Position numbers and translations under genes: made by a program. Under the pieces are notes generated by a model. That model made no database searches, was not told the origin of the DNA, and saw only the letters and a program-made list of their open reading frames with translations. Shown here piece by piece: positions 25,241 to 39,011 of a stretch of DNA of 64,000 bases. Where the stretch lies: assembly GCA_951406725.2 (NCBI GenBank), contig OX597814.1, positions 212,288,001 to 212,352,000 of the forward strand. Reading direction: 5' to 3'. How positions within the stretch are numbered: position 1 is the stretch's first letter; the number at the start of each line of letters is the position of its first letter. This DNA comes from Octopus vulgaris. Its lineage: Eukaryota.

Positions 25241-26007
25241 ACCTAAACCTATATTTAAAACTTGTGTATGGTTACTACCGTTACGGCGTAAACCGCTAAA
25301 TGCGTAGAGTAGGAAAAATGGACGTAATCGTTGAGTATCTTATAGATGAAGCTACAACTAATTAGAAGTAAATTTACTCTCAATGTGTTTGTAGTCATAA
25401 CTTTAAAAACATCGATATATTCTCGATTCCAGATAGGTGTGTGTTTGAAATATAGGTTTCATTGACTAAGGAAACGTACATGTTTTTCATATCATACTGA
25501 AATCATAGTAACAATTAATGGACACAAATATTTATAACGAAGGATGCGTTGCAGAATTTTTGAGATTGTGGACATTCAATCTCAGAAATAAAATAAAGAA
25601 ACTAAATCTTTTAATTGTGTATTTAGTCGCTTGTTCTCTTTTGATGAGATGAAAATCCTCAAAAAATCTTCAAAGTATATCTTTGTTAATACTTGTATGA
25701 GTTCGGAATAATAAAAGCCATAGATCTATCGTTGAAATTATAAACTGCATACAATTAAGCCTCAGTAAATGTTTCATATTTCTGTTTTTTCATCAATAAT
25801 GGTACATACTATTGGACGTTAAAGAGAACTTTATGTTAATTTGGTTTCTTCTGTTGGTCTTTTGTTTGAAATAATAGAATTACAGAAAATATAATTTGGT
25901 AGACTTTTCTATACTGATGCAAAATTAAAGTGCTGAATTGTAAAATAACACAATGTACTAATACAAAATGCATATAATTTTTGAAGAAAACTGCCGAAAC
26001 AAAGATC

Positions 26008-26022
26008 AAAACAACAACAATG

Positions 26023-26120
<98 letters not shown>

Positions 26121-26140
26121 CACAACAACAACAACAACAA
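26008..26140. repeat. (AAC)/(TAA)n array
   Basis: Directly visible. Confidence 0.95.
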
Positions 26141-26149
26141 TACTCACGT

Positions 26150-26300
26150 GGGCTCATATGTGCCAATCCCCTGGTAACGATAGGTTCCCAAATTTCTGGC
26201 TCGCATTGCTCTCGTGTGCGCACGAAAAGCTAGTTCAGTTATTCAATGAAATTTTAAGAGATCCTACGAAAAGACCTGAGTAGTTAGCACGAGGTATTAC

Positions 26301-26305
<5 letters not shown>
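26150..26305 (+). mobile_element. Internal R4/Dong RT N-terminal fragment
   Basis: SPGNDRFPNFWL..AHEKLVQLFNEILRDP..RPE*LARGITY aligns by eye with SPGKDKIPNFWL..SHELLTELYNDVLQHP..PPWLVNGLTF of the large element. Confidence 0.8.
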
Positions 26306-26350
<45 letters not shown>

Positions 26351-26353
26351 AAT

Positions 26354-26930
26354 ATGGGGACTGGAATGGGATTATGGATGCCCTGAAAGACTGTGTGGGG
26401 CTAGTAAGCAGAATGGGATGCAAAAACCTCGTAAGCCTATTCAGGGACTTCCAATTGTTTGATAAGAATCGAGAGGATTTCCCTGATGTACCTGTATGGA
26501 CATGGAGCAAGCACAACAGGTCCTCCAGATCGTACCTATAGTACTTGTTAGGCCATAGGATAGGTATAGTGTAGGTTGTCTACAATTTATATTGGTCGGC
26601 TACACAGACCACAAGCTTGTGATCTGTAAAGTCGTGTTACATAGGACACGTAGACAGGGACTCGGTTAAACACTTCCTTTCCGGCTCGCAAAAATTACGG
26701 TGACGGTATTGGGGAACCAGTTAAGTGGCGGTTGACGGGTGTATTCGGCAACAAACGGTGGTGGGCCGCCGTGAAGAGGGCGATTAGAGCAGAATCGATA
26801 GCATTAATAAAGTGTTAGCAATAGAAAGGTATAGATCAGAGGGTGAACAAATTAGCAAATTAGAAGAGGCAATTAAAGGGGGCATGGCGACCGATGTGTT
26901 AGCGGCAAGAATGACTCTTATGAAGGTTGC
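26354..26930 (+). mobile_element. L1/Tx1-type LINE APE-endonuclease remnant
   Basis: MGDWN..D....WTWS....RSYL...GYTDHKLV, followed by WWAAVKRAIRAESI (post-endonuclease motif typical of L1/Tx1). Confidence 0.75.
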
Positions 26931-27029
26931 GTTGCCCGTACACTAATAATAATAATAATAAAAAACAAGAATTGAACAAAAGATCGCGGAAATAAAAGAA
27001 ACTGTAGGGTCAGTTTGCAAGAGATATGA

Positions 27030-27420
27030 AGACCAAGACAAATACAGAGGACTCGTGGCTATGGAGGAGAAGGAGTGAACTTAAGACAGAGACACAAGCA
27101 CTCATATCCGCAGCTCAGGAAAAAAGCGTTAAGGACCAATTATATGAAGTGCAGTATAGACAACACTACCGATAGCGTCAAATGCCTAATGTGTAGTGAG
27201 GAACAGGGTGAAACGTTATGGCACATCGTAAGCGAATGCTCGAAATTGGCGTAACGCGATACAAAAGATACCATGACAATGTGGCAAAGATGATCCATCG
27301 GGAGCTTTGTGAAAATCACGGCCTACAAAGAGCAAAGACGTGGTATGAGCAACCCCACCAAAAATGAGAATTGCAAAATCCTGAGAGAAGTAATGATCCA
27401 GTGGAATCACATAACCAGAC
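27030..27420 (+). mobile_element. Decayed R4/Dong CCHC fragment
   Basis: WLW...ELKTETQALISAAQE..LRTNY..KCLMC...ETLWHIVSECSKLA..HDNVAKMIH.ELC. Confidence 0.8.
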
Positions 27421-28368
27421 GTTTCACCTTGTCTTAATTTGGAATGAGTGTTATCCCTAAGAGTTTCCAAATATACAATCTGCAGAATGAAAAATATCGA
27501 AATGCTGCCCAATTCATTTACAATTCTTCACCTAAATAAACTATAGAGAGAGATCCCAATATATGCACATTCATCTCAGTCACAAAATGTATGTGTGTGA
27601 TTGAGTATTTAAGCGTGTGTGTGTGAGTGAATAAGTAAGTGTATGAGTGTGTGTGTGTGAGTAAGTTTGTGAGTGAGTGAGTGACTGAGTAAATAAATGA
27701 GTGTGTGTATGTGTGTGTGTGACTATGTGTGTGAGTGTGTGTGAAACTATACCTCTCATTCTCTACTTGACTGTTTATGCCTACATAAAGAACAGGTAAC
27801 TTTATTGGAAACAAATCTACTCTCAACTTCTAAATCAGCCCGAGAGAAAGTATCTTAAAACTTTATCTAGCGAAAACATTCACTCGTTCGGAAACAAAAG
27901 ACAGAATCACTTTCTGTTAATAATTATTTGACAACAGGAACCTTGGAAAACATGAAATAGAACAAATTAGAACATCATAGACAGCGTAAAATATTACGAA
28001 CAAAATGGAAAATCCTGTCTGTACACCATAAAGTAATTGGCCATGATATTCCATCACAGGAAATTCCTCTGGCGTTCGCACGTCCAAGAAACCATTGAAG
28101 AATATTTCAAAATAACTCAAAAGCAATGGTCCCTATCTATCACATTTCTTACCAAAGCTGCTCTCCGTATTTCATATTGCTTCATTTTTATTCCAGTAAT
28201 TTTGCACAGTCGCCACAAGTTAACATCCATTTTATTTAGAATTATACACATACTTAATAATTCGCACGTTATATATCTTTGTTATTGCAATTCATAATCC
28301 AGTCCGAATATATCTTGATGTATATACATTCACACACAAAATGTCTCCCTCTCTCTCACACATACACA

Positions 28369-28459
<91 letters not shown>

Positions 28460-28869
28460 CACATGAAGACGGAAGATGAAATATACGATAATTTATTATT
28501 AATCACAATTGTTTCGACACATCTAGCATAAATAATTTCACATTTTTTAGTCATTTGACTGAGAAAATCTGTGTCAATATTTTTATTGTCTTGGTTACTC
28601 GTATCGTCAATACTTCTAACAACTGAGCTTAGTACTCATATTATTTCCAAATTTCTCAAATCCCTACTTTAAACAACACAAAAGACCCCACGGTGGCAAA
28701 GAGACGCACATGCACGAGCACCCAACACAAACACACACACTCACACATACACACATGAAATCAATGTAAAATACTTTTAACCAGCCTGGACGCAGTGGAT
28801 TATGTATTTCCATTCAATCGATCTTCCTAACCACACATACATATTTGCACCGGTATCAATCAGTCTACA

Positions 28870-28978
<109 letters not shown>

Positions 28979-30298
28979 ACATGTGTGCATGCATGCGTGC
29001 ATACATGTGTCTGAGAGCATGAATATATATATATATGTGTGTGTGCGTATGTATTTATGTAAGTATGCATGCATGTATGTAAGTATATAGGCAGTATTAT
29101 GACTTTTTCAGTCATCTGTATGCTACTGCTGAAAATAGTGAGCTTTATATTTGGTCGTCTAAAATTATTTTCCATTCAAAGTCGTATTATTCTGAAACTA
29201 CCAAAATACAATTTTTGGAATTGAAAAGCAATTTTATTCAATAGATTTTTTTATTGAAGCTTAAAGATTTCAAACATATAAAATATTATTTAAAAAATAC
29301 ATTTTACGCTCCAGCATTTATTAATGGAAGCTAGCTGGAAATTTGTAAACATGGCAGATGGAATAGAGCCTACAAACGCGTTTTCAATAGTGTGGAATTG
29401 TATTATGGATAGAAAATATTATTACTTAAAAAGCACGTGCATGACAGATGTTTAGTAATTCTGAGATTCCATAGTTAATTGATTCAGAGGTTAGAGCATA
29501 GTTGTTTATAAGTGTATTCAAGTTATAATAATATGAGTTTGTCGTTCAATATTTTTTATCTCTCATTATTGAAAACGCATTCTGTTTATTGAATGGTTAG
29601 TAAATGGCGTCAAATGATTACTGTTATACACATAATGCGGGAGGGGGAAAGGATCCTAACGGAGCTTCCTGCATTCTAAATACAATTACGACAGAGTATC
29701 ATGTATGTAACATAGAGATTTAAAACTCTTCATACAATTAGTAAACAAAATCTTTTTGAACGATGTCTAAAATCTTAGAAGAACAGTAATATGTTTACTG
29801 TGAAAGCTGTTTCCTCTTTATAAATAGTATGGCTTGCCTTTTGATATAGTTTCTCCTTCACTATCGCTTTGTAAATCACTCGATCTCTATCACCTAGCTT
29901 TCTGTTTCTCAATAAATTTGAGAAGTGGTAACAACCATTAAAACCGGTGGCATCTATAATTTTATAATTCTTTATAATTTGTTTTTCCATGTAGCTTCTA
30001 GAAAATTCTATTCTATGTGCAAATATATTCATTTGGTTCATATGTAATTATTCATTTTTCTATTACTTATTGCTCGTTAACCACACAAGTAGATGCACTG
30101 CCAAAGATTTTCTACTTGAACAAGCTCTTAAAGTTTATATTTTCAGCAGATAATATTGCACGAACTTCAATGTGTAATATGTTTATCTTTAAAACGATAG
30201 GGCCTTGGCAAAAGGAAATCTGCTACACAAAATCTCTCTCTCCCTCTCTCTTTCTCTCTTTCTCTCTCACTTCCTTTCTCCCTATATATATATATATA

Positions 30299-31110
30299 CA
30301 GTGATACTTCGCAGTACAAGTTTAATTCGTTCCATGACCGAGCTCGTTTTGTGATTTGCTTGTTTACAAAGCAATTTTCTTTATTAAAATTATATGAAAT
30401 ATAATTAATCCGTTCCAGTCTCCCAAAACCAGCCCACAATGTTTTTTTATCGGTCTTAAAACAGAAATTGTGGGAGTTACAAGGAAAATGACAATTATTA
30501 AAACATAAAAGAGAACGCAAAAGAAATATGTAATCTTGTTTTATTAACTTAATTAACTTAGAGATGAGACGAATTGTGCGCGAGGAAGAAGATTGATCTG
30601 GGAGGAGGAGGAGGGTTTTTTTTGGGGAAGGCGAGACCCTTTCGAGTAGGTCTTCACGAAGAACATTTCTGGCGTTTTCTCTCTCATTTCGTTTAATTTA
30701 GGCTATTTGGACACACACTCTCTTCACTTTTCACACTTGTAGGTCGTTTCATTATAGATCTTATTGATCTCATGAGCCACATGAGAAGCAATTTTTCCAT
30801 CTCTTCGTGGACCGATGTGCGCAGCTTGGACTGCTGAAGACACCATTTACTGTTGAAATGACCTTGATCTCATCCTTTTTCTTCAGTCTGGTGCAGATCG
30901 TTAACGTGTTTCGGTCGTATTGACGTGTTATGTCTAATACATGCATTCCTCTCTCGTGTTTATCAATGATTTCCTTCTGCAGTTCTATCAAAATCAGTTC
31001 TTTATTCTTCTTCTCCGCAAAAAACACACAAAACTAAAAAGGATAAGCACTGGGAAAAACACAATATGGATGCTGCTACAACGAGATAATCGTTTGTATG
31101 AAACTCGCTC
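30299..31110 (-). mobile_element. Tigger/pogo-like transposon remnant (CENP-B-type HTH)
   Basis: IELQKEIIDKHERGMHVLDITRQYDRNTLTICTRLKKKDEIK (30770-31027); terminus TA|CAGTGATAC at 30299. Confidence 0.75.
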
Positions 31111-31137
31111 AGTTCTATATTTAAGAAATGTGAAATT

Positions 31138-31352
31138 TTGTACATAATTTACATTCGACAGATATATGTCCGCATCTTGTTTGTTATTAACACAGTGTTT
31201 CAGCTGATATACCCTCCAGCCTTCATCAGGCGTCTTGTGGGAAATTTCGAGCCTGGGTTCTCATTCCTAACGTATTTTTCAATATTGTTGTTGTTGTTCA
31301 GGTCACTGCTTGGAATCGAACTCATGTTATTGTCACAAGACTCCCGCTCATA
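31138..31352 (-). mobile_element. Short element with tRNA-like B box followed by a minimal hammerhead motif
   Basis: B box GAGTTCGATTCC (31312-31323); then GACGC-CTGATGA-AGGCTG-10nt-CAGCT-GAAA-CACT-GTGTT (31189-31234). Confidence 0.6.
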
Positions 31353-34300
31353 AAGGCACACATTTTATTTAATTCGTTAATTGGATCGTAATCTAGTTCA
31401 TACATTGGTTCGCTATCATAGAATTTCCACGTGACACACTAAATTTATATGCTATTGTATTTAAAGAAATCATTGAGGTGGACAAACACAGAATTCTTCT
31501 GTGGTCAGTAATCTGTGCAATTCGCTTCAATCTCAATCAAATTTATATGGTCGTTTCCCGTTTCCCGTGCTTTTTATCAACGCTTAGATCGGGCTGATTA
31601 AACATTTTATTATTTACCTTAGACACGCTGACATGACACACACATCCTTTTTTACAAGGTTTTTACATATTTTCATGTACAGAAATCGAAACAGATGCCA
31701 AAACATTAATGGTACATAAGAAATTGCAGAGAGACGCAATCAGATGACATTAATGAAAACACGCGTGCTTTAATCTTCTACTCAGTTATATTTACAAATG
31801 AAACCTTTACACATTGCTTATACTATAATCCAAAATTTCCATTATATTGTTATATATTTATAAAGCAACCTATATCATTTACGAAGTGGTGAGCATCTTC
31901 TGAATCAAGAAGTATATAGTTCCAAACAATAATAAACCAACTCAAAGACGAGAATACTTTCATTCGGAATTTTGATAATTTATCCTGGATATTTTAGAAA
32001 AATTGGAGAAGCTAATTGTGTTTCCTATCACAACATCATGCGTCACATCCGAATGGTGTTCACGCATAGAATTTACTGATCACGTGCTCGTTGTTCTCTC
32101 ATAAATTACGACTGTGAGAGATACCGCCGTAATTTTTACACCCAGAGTCCGAGGACAAAACGTAGTGCGATTTACACCAAAATTTCATGCGTGGAGGGTA
32201 ATGGAATTTAATAAACACAGTCATGCTGCTTGGAATTAAAGATAATAATCATAGAAAATTCGAAACAACACATTTTTATTCGCCAATAAAATCATTTTAT
32301 TGGTTAGCGTGATAACAATCTGTATGCAAAAGCAACATATAATTTCCAAACAATTCGGAAATCATAATTTTGTGGCCTCTTTTAAGGATATTACTTACAT
32401 CCGTTTATATCAGCAATTTTCTATGATTTTTCACGCAAGTATATTAATAACCGAAGGAGAAGCTGCGACTGATGTGTTGGTTCACTGTAAGGAGGTTATT
32501 GGAGATTTAACTTTCCCCATTTTACCAGCGCGTTGTTTATGTATTCTGAAAATATATTGATGCATTGTCACAGACAATGCATTCTCGTGTCAGTAATTCA
32601 AATTACCCACAGATGACTAAATATTGATCTGTTCAATGGTCATAAGAGACATGCATCAAATGACTTCTTGTTATGAAACATTACTTCATTTCCAAGTCAT
32701 TTATACACAACATTAATTACATCTATTCAACAACTTTATTTAGAATAGCATAAATGCGTGATAGTTACCTAGATACATGTTGGCAGCTTCTTATATAAAG
32801 AAAACCAATCAGGAAGACGTATACCTAATGCAATTAAAATTCGCTCGCTCTCTACAAGATATATCAATATATTTATTACCCTTATAAATTTTATATATAT
32901 ACAAAAGCAAGTTAGCTTCATGAAGCCATTCGGTATAATCAGTACAGTATACCTCACCACTTTGTGCAGGAGGTTATGATGGGTCACTTAGTAAAATAGT
33001 AAATATTACTTATCACAGCTTATTCTACAGAAGATAAGCAATGTTTCATGTGCTCAAACTATAATAAGCCATAAGTTGTAACTACTTTCCACTTAATGCC
33101 ATATGCTTTGTAGCACATCTTAATTCTCTTCGTCAGAGAACAAAATAAATCATTCAGAAAATTCCATTCATTATCTATATTGCAGTTACCAGTTGTTGAA
33201 TGACAACAGTTAACAGTAAATTGTAAACCGCATCTTGGAGAGAAAGCACCAATTGACTAAATGCATTACAATATATAGTCAAGTCAAGTCCTTCCATGTT
33301 GGTACCTTTTGATGCTGATATTTAGAATTTATTTCCTCTCTGTTAGTAATATTCATTTTATAAGCGATAAATGTTTTAGTAATGTCTATCATAGAAAATA
33401 TAAGACATGTTTTATGACATAATACTATACTGATAACACATATTGCATTTTGTTTCTCCTTTCAAACATTCCATTTCCTTAATGACATATTGTCCATCAT
33501 TTAATAATTTACAACAATAATTATTTCCTTTTTCACTATATTAAACTTCAGTCAATGTTATCGCCAAGATATTTACATTTCTCAAGAAAATTTGGCATCA
33601 GTCATCAAAATTATTAAGTATATATTTCCACTCGAATAATTAAAAGAAAATATTTCCCAGATTCGAAATAGCATTTCCATTTACACTCTACGCAGTTTCC
33701 CATAGGATACAGGTTACAGTTCGACACTTGATTCTTAGTAATAATTTTGTAATCCATCTTGAATCAGTAGAAAGTAGATCAATTAACACTTCAATACACC
33801 TTAGGTCATTATGATTTCTTTAATAGCCATAAGAACAGCAGCATTCTCGGATATGCTGAGAAGATATCAATGTCACTATTTTGTCTGATGTATTGAATTA
33901 TAAGCTAACATTTAAGAATAAACAAATTAAACTAGTCATGATTACAGAACCATACGTACATGGTTATATACAGCAGATAATGGTCTCGGTTCTCATATCA
34001 TAACAGGTGGACTCTATAAAGACAATGTAGCAGTTAATGTAATCTGATCTGCATTTCAAGAGGATTAGGTATCAGAAAAGGCAACAGCTTTCAGCGACAG
34101 TTTATATCTACGAATTTGTTTCTACCCAAAATAGCTCTTATTTAAATACTTACTGAGTCGTAAGTTAATGTTTTACTATATTATATTTGCTAGAATATGG
34201 CAGCTTGTATTCATCGCTCTACACATATTAGTGGGTGACCTATTTATAATGTTTCTCCATAATTTCACTGGCTTTTTATGGGTTACATATGCCGTTGGCT

Positions 34301-35375
34301 CTCCGCCTATCTCATTGCAAGTTATTAGACACAATCCTTATTATATATCAACGAAAGCTAGAAATTATACTTTAACTCTAAATTTATGCATGTATAGTTG
34401 TAATTTGAATTTCTACAAGTGATAACCTAAGGCTGCAGATGACACAAGCAATGTATTCAAAATTCTATTTAGAATCTACCAGCGATCGGGTGTCTCATTT
34501 ACCTTGCTTACACGTTACTCTATTCATTTTCTTCCTTGGCTTGTAGACCAACGCGGTTGTGACTTAAAGGAATAATGACTGCTGAGAGTAGTGAAAACTT
34601 TCACTAGGGAATTTATATAAGATATCTGATGTCTTGTCTTGGATCATGATATGTGATGCCTGAAAATATTCTAATAATTATAGCTTCGTTATCATCAACG
34701 ACATCAACTGAATTTTATAATATTCAACGTGTTTGTGAATAATATTCAACGTGATTGCGCATTTCTACAGTTTCAACTGTTTATTCATGTCCTCTATAAG
34801 AAATTTACAGTCATACAACATATTTAATCATTAGTGGAACTATGTAATAAAGTTGTGGAAATGATTTTGCACGTTAGTAACTGGTTCCTATTTACATTTC
34901 CTGGCTTGCGAATATAGTCTTCATTTAATGTGAATAATGAAATGACTTGTTTGCAATTCCATCTGCTAAATAACAGGCGGTTTCTTACCTTACCTACAAT
35001 GTACACTATGTGTGTATATGTGTGTGCGCATACGCACTCACACACACATGCATAAACTCACATACACACACACACAAATATATAAAATGAAATTAGTCAA
35101 CATCAATAATGAAAATAAAGATAATAAGAACGGACATTTACATATCCATATTTTATTATACAGAATTGCAGCATTCTTCGCTTGGACCTACGCACGTGAT
35201 TATGTCTACCGGAATAATGCTGCAAATAACTATATAGTAAAATATGGATATGTAAATCTCCCTTCTCTTAATCCTTATCAATATCATTATTGTCTCTACG
35301 GAAATTATGCAGGCCCTAAAAATCATCCGGATATACCAAGCGAGGATAACAACCAAGTCAAATAAATTATTTTTA

Positions 35376-35590
35376 TTTCTTTATTGCCCATAGGGGCTTA
35401 AACATAGAGGGGACAAACTAGGAAATACAAGGGAATTAAGTCGATTACTTAGACCCCCAGTGATTAACTGGTACTTATTTAATCGACACCGAAAGGTAAA
35501 TTCGACCTCGGCAGAATTTGAACTCAGAGTGTAATGGCAGACGAAATGCCACTAGGCATTTCGCCCGGCGTGCTAACGTTTCTGCTCGCT
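35376..35590 (-). mobile_element. Family A SINE
   Basis: Collinear with 693-929 (GGGGCTTAAACATAGAGGGGACAAAC...GCATTTCGCCCGGCGTGCTAACGTTTCTGC). Confidence 0.85.
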
Positions 35591-35705
35591 CATTACTAGC
35601 TCGGTTATTATCAATATTCGCTGTGGCCAGCCGGCATTGGGATCCGATCTAAGAGTTCACACGTTAACAGTCCAGATAATATATTACTTCAAACCATTTT
35701 GGGAA

Positions 35706-35790
<85 letters not shown>

Positions 35791-35997
35791 GTGTGTGCTT
35801 GACTTTATAGGGAGATGCAATAACAATTTTATATTAACTGAAGGATTCATTAGGACTTTTTATAGAATAGATATTATTACAACTATACAATAGTGGTGAC
35901 AGTGGATTCGAACTTTCGGTTTGCAGTCGTGATTCGGACAGTTGGAGGATAGCCTGCAGTTCGTAATTTCGATGCCAGAACTATACTAGTAGATGCG

Positions 35998-36063
<66 letters not shown>

Positions 36064-36269
36064 GTATATGTATATGTATATATTACGTCATATGTAAACA
36101 AGCATAAGCCTGTATTGTAGAACAAGTAGATACATATATTTTTGAACACGTAAATACTCAAGAGTATATATAAAGGATAAAATACTTTAAAGAGCTATTA
36201 AAATTATTTTATCCATTATATATGGGTTCAGTATTTCCGTATTGAATAAATATATTTTTCTACATGTTC

Positions 36270-36303
<34 letters not shown>

Positions 36304-36447
36304 AATTAGAGAAGGACCACCATGTAGCAATTCAACAATGATATAATTAAATCATACCATATAGAAAAAAATTAAAGATACGGTTATACATTTACCTAGA
36401 AGTAAATAAAGTACGAAATAATAAATAGAGGGTATATAATTAGTAAA

Positions 36448-36532
36448 TAGACTACACGCGTTTCGTGGCAATATTTTCAAACTGATAACAGTAAAATCAA
36501 TTCAATTTAAATATAGTCACTCATCAGATCCA
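36448..36532 (-). ncRNA. Type I hammerhead ribozyme motif with intact core and palindromic stem III
   Basis: TGGAT-CTGATGA-GTGACTATATTT...AAATATTGCCAC-GAAA-C-GCGT-G-TA-GTCTA. Confidence 0.7.
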
Positions 36533-36892
36533 AGGCAAAAACAATAAAATAATTCAATAAATATACGTATATTATCTTATAAGAAAATATAAATATATAT
36601 AAAAATGCGTAATTTTTAAATAAAACATCGAACAATGTTCAACAATATATCTTAAAACGAAAACACGAAATATCTTATCAAATATATTATTTTAACACAA
36701 TCTTTAAACGTAATACATATAATAAATTTATCACGTTAAAAACGTGGTGTAAATAAAACTAGAATAAATAGATATAGATATTCATTTTATCAATGAAAAT
36801 ATATTTTAGCATATAGAAGAAAAAATAACAAACTATAGTATATCATTACTGGAAATTGAAACACAAGTAATTAAAACGAATTATCTAAAACA

Positions 36893-36940
<48 letters not shown>

Positions 36941-37184
36941 GTGTGTGTGTATACACATATATATATATACAGAGAGAGGGAGAGAGAGAGAGAGAGAGAG
37001 ATACAAAATACATAATATACATTAAGTGAAGCTAAAACACTCTAATTTCATCTATATACATTAAATTATTAATTAATTAATTTAATAAGCATCTAAGTTA
37101 AGTCTTATTCTAATTAAGTAATATATACTAAAAAAACGTCATGCTAAATTATATACATAATACTACTACAGACTATTTTTATTT

Positions 37185-37716
37185 ATTTCATTTATTTTTA
37201 TTTTATCTAGTTTCAGCTCACGAGCTGTGGCCATGCTGGGGCACCGCCATTTGGTGTTGCTACATGATTTTACATCACGAAGGCTTTTTAGCAACTGCCA
37301 TTTGGTGCATGAGAGAGTTCGATGCAGCTGCCCTCATCTGCACCTCTTGCCGTGAAGTTGGTTCATCCGAGACACCTAACAGGAAGAGATCTAGTCCTAC
37401 TTTAAAGACATCCGCATCCACCCCATGCAGGTCCCTCAGGTTCTTCGGGAGGATATTGAAGAGCTGTGGGCCTCTGAAGTCCAGGATATCACAGTATCTT
37501 GTCATACATTTTGATGGCAAATATGGAGTTCTTGGCACCACGCAATGGCGCCCAGTTCTGGCATTCGTGTAACTCTCGATGCCAAAGTTTGGGACAAGTC
37601 CTTCCAGGATCTTCCAGATTTATATTATGGCATATCTTTCTCGCTTACGCTCCAAGGAATAGAGTTTTAATCTCTTGAGTCTTTCCCAGTAGCTTATATG
37701 CTGCACAGAGGCTATG
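37185..37716 (-). mobile_element. CR1-group LINE 3' fragment (family L)
   Basis: LYSLERKRERYAIIYIWKILEGLVPNF..RGPQLFNILP..DEP; tail GGTGCCCCAGCATGGCCACAGCTCGTGAGCTGAAAC then A-rich repeats. Homologous to 22351-22810. Confidence 0.85.
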
Positions 37717-38192
37717 GGTACAAGAATTAAAAATAGAAACAGGGTTCAAATATATACAAGCAAATTAGTTAAATTTATTATATAATTAATTCAATTTATA
37801 TATAGATTTAATATTACACTCATTTATAGAATTAAACAACATTTCAATTATTATTAAATGTAATGACTAAAATTCAGTATGACATAACAACAATAAATTC
37901 CTACCTATTCGATAAGATTTTGTCTTAATAAACTATTTCACAATGTAAATTATATGTAATACGTTAATTCACAAGTTAATAACAAAAACAAACAATAAGT
38001 AAATAAATACACGTATCGTAACTTATAATTATCAAATAATAATATAGAAATCAATATTTTTACAATAATAATCGAACAAAATTCAATTCAAAATTCAATA
38101 ATATTGTCATAAAAGGAATTCATTACTTATGTTATCTATCTATCTGTATATAACTGTATATAACTATATATACATATATACATATATTTGTG

Positions 38193-38243
<51 letters not shown>

Positions 38244-38249
38244 CAATAC

Positions 38250-38379
38250 TATGTGCAAAACCAAATATATGGCACCCTAGGTATAACACCAACGTGAACT
38301 TCCAACTTGTTGTCTCTTGAGGTCTCTGGGTGAGACTTGGACCCAACTTGTACAAATGTAAAGCAAAAGTCAAACATAA

Positions 38380-38380
<1 letters not shown>
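38250..38380 (+). mobile_element. 3' UTR-only copy of the Dong element, ending in (TAA)n
   Basis: Close match to 10690-10812 (CCAAATATATGGCAC..TGTTGTCTCTTGAGGTCTCTGGGTG..AAAGCAAAAGTCAAACATA). Confidence 0.9.
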
Positions 38381-38413
<33 letters not shown>

Positions 38414-38414
<1 letters not shown>

Positions 38415-38880
38415 GTGTTATCATGTACATTGTTTTGTCTTGGTATAAAAGATGGGCTACAGCAAATATTCTGCTCAATACCACAGTTGAGCATGTCCCT
38501 TAGTGGCTGACGATATGTGCATCTCTGATCACGAGCAGAAGTAGTGGGGGAGCATCATAGCCATGTGTTGAGAAGGATTCTTTGGGGTTTGAATAATTCA
38601 CCTCTGGAAACATGGGTGTTTCGTTCAACGTCCTTAAACAACCCTTATTCAGGGACCTTTTGAGCGGGATGGGTTACTCGATCTGAAGAAAATTCTAACT
38701 GGGCTCCACTTGCAAGGTCATGTGCTGTTTATCTTGATATGAGATCACCATGTCGCGCATATATGGTTGTGATGCATGTGCCTAGTGTACCCTTATCAGA
38801 CAGGTAGTCATGATGGGTATACTGGGCTTCGTATATTTTACCCCAGTGTCACTTTGATGGCATGCTCTGCTCGCTCACTC
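38414..38880 (+). mobile_element. Unclassified ~470-bp element between two (TAA)n arrays
   Basis: GC-richer block with sharp TAA boundaries and two 3' stem-loops. No recognisable coding motif. Confidence 0.5.
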
Positions 38881-38969
<89 letters not shown>

Positions 38970-39011
38970 CAACAACAACAATAATAATAATAATAACAGC
39001 AATAATAATAA

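Larger units (their letters stand above)
36300..38130 (-). mobile_element. Second decayed Penelope-like copy related to 22850-25030, interrupted by a LINE fragment and microsatellites
   Basis: Shared UTR blocks (AATAAATTTATCACGT..AAAAC); peptide KTKSYRIG..LC..E near 37870-37960; hammerhead at 36448-36532; starts at (TA)n. Confidence 0.7.

Noticed and set aside
35892-35912. TGGTGACAGTGGATTCGAAC as an LTR primer-binding site
   Set aside because: No identifiable LTR pair or gag/pol sequence nearby.
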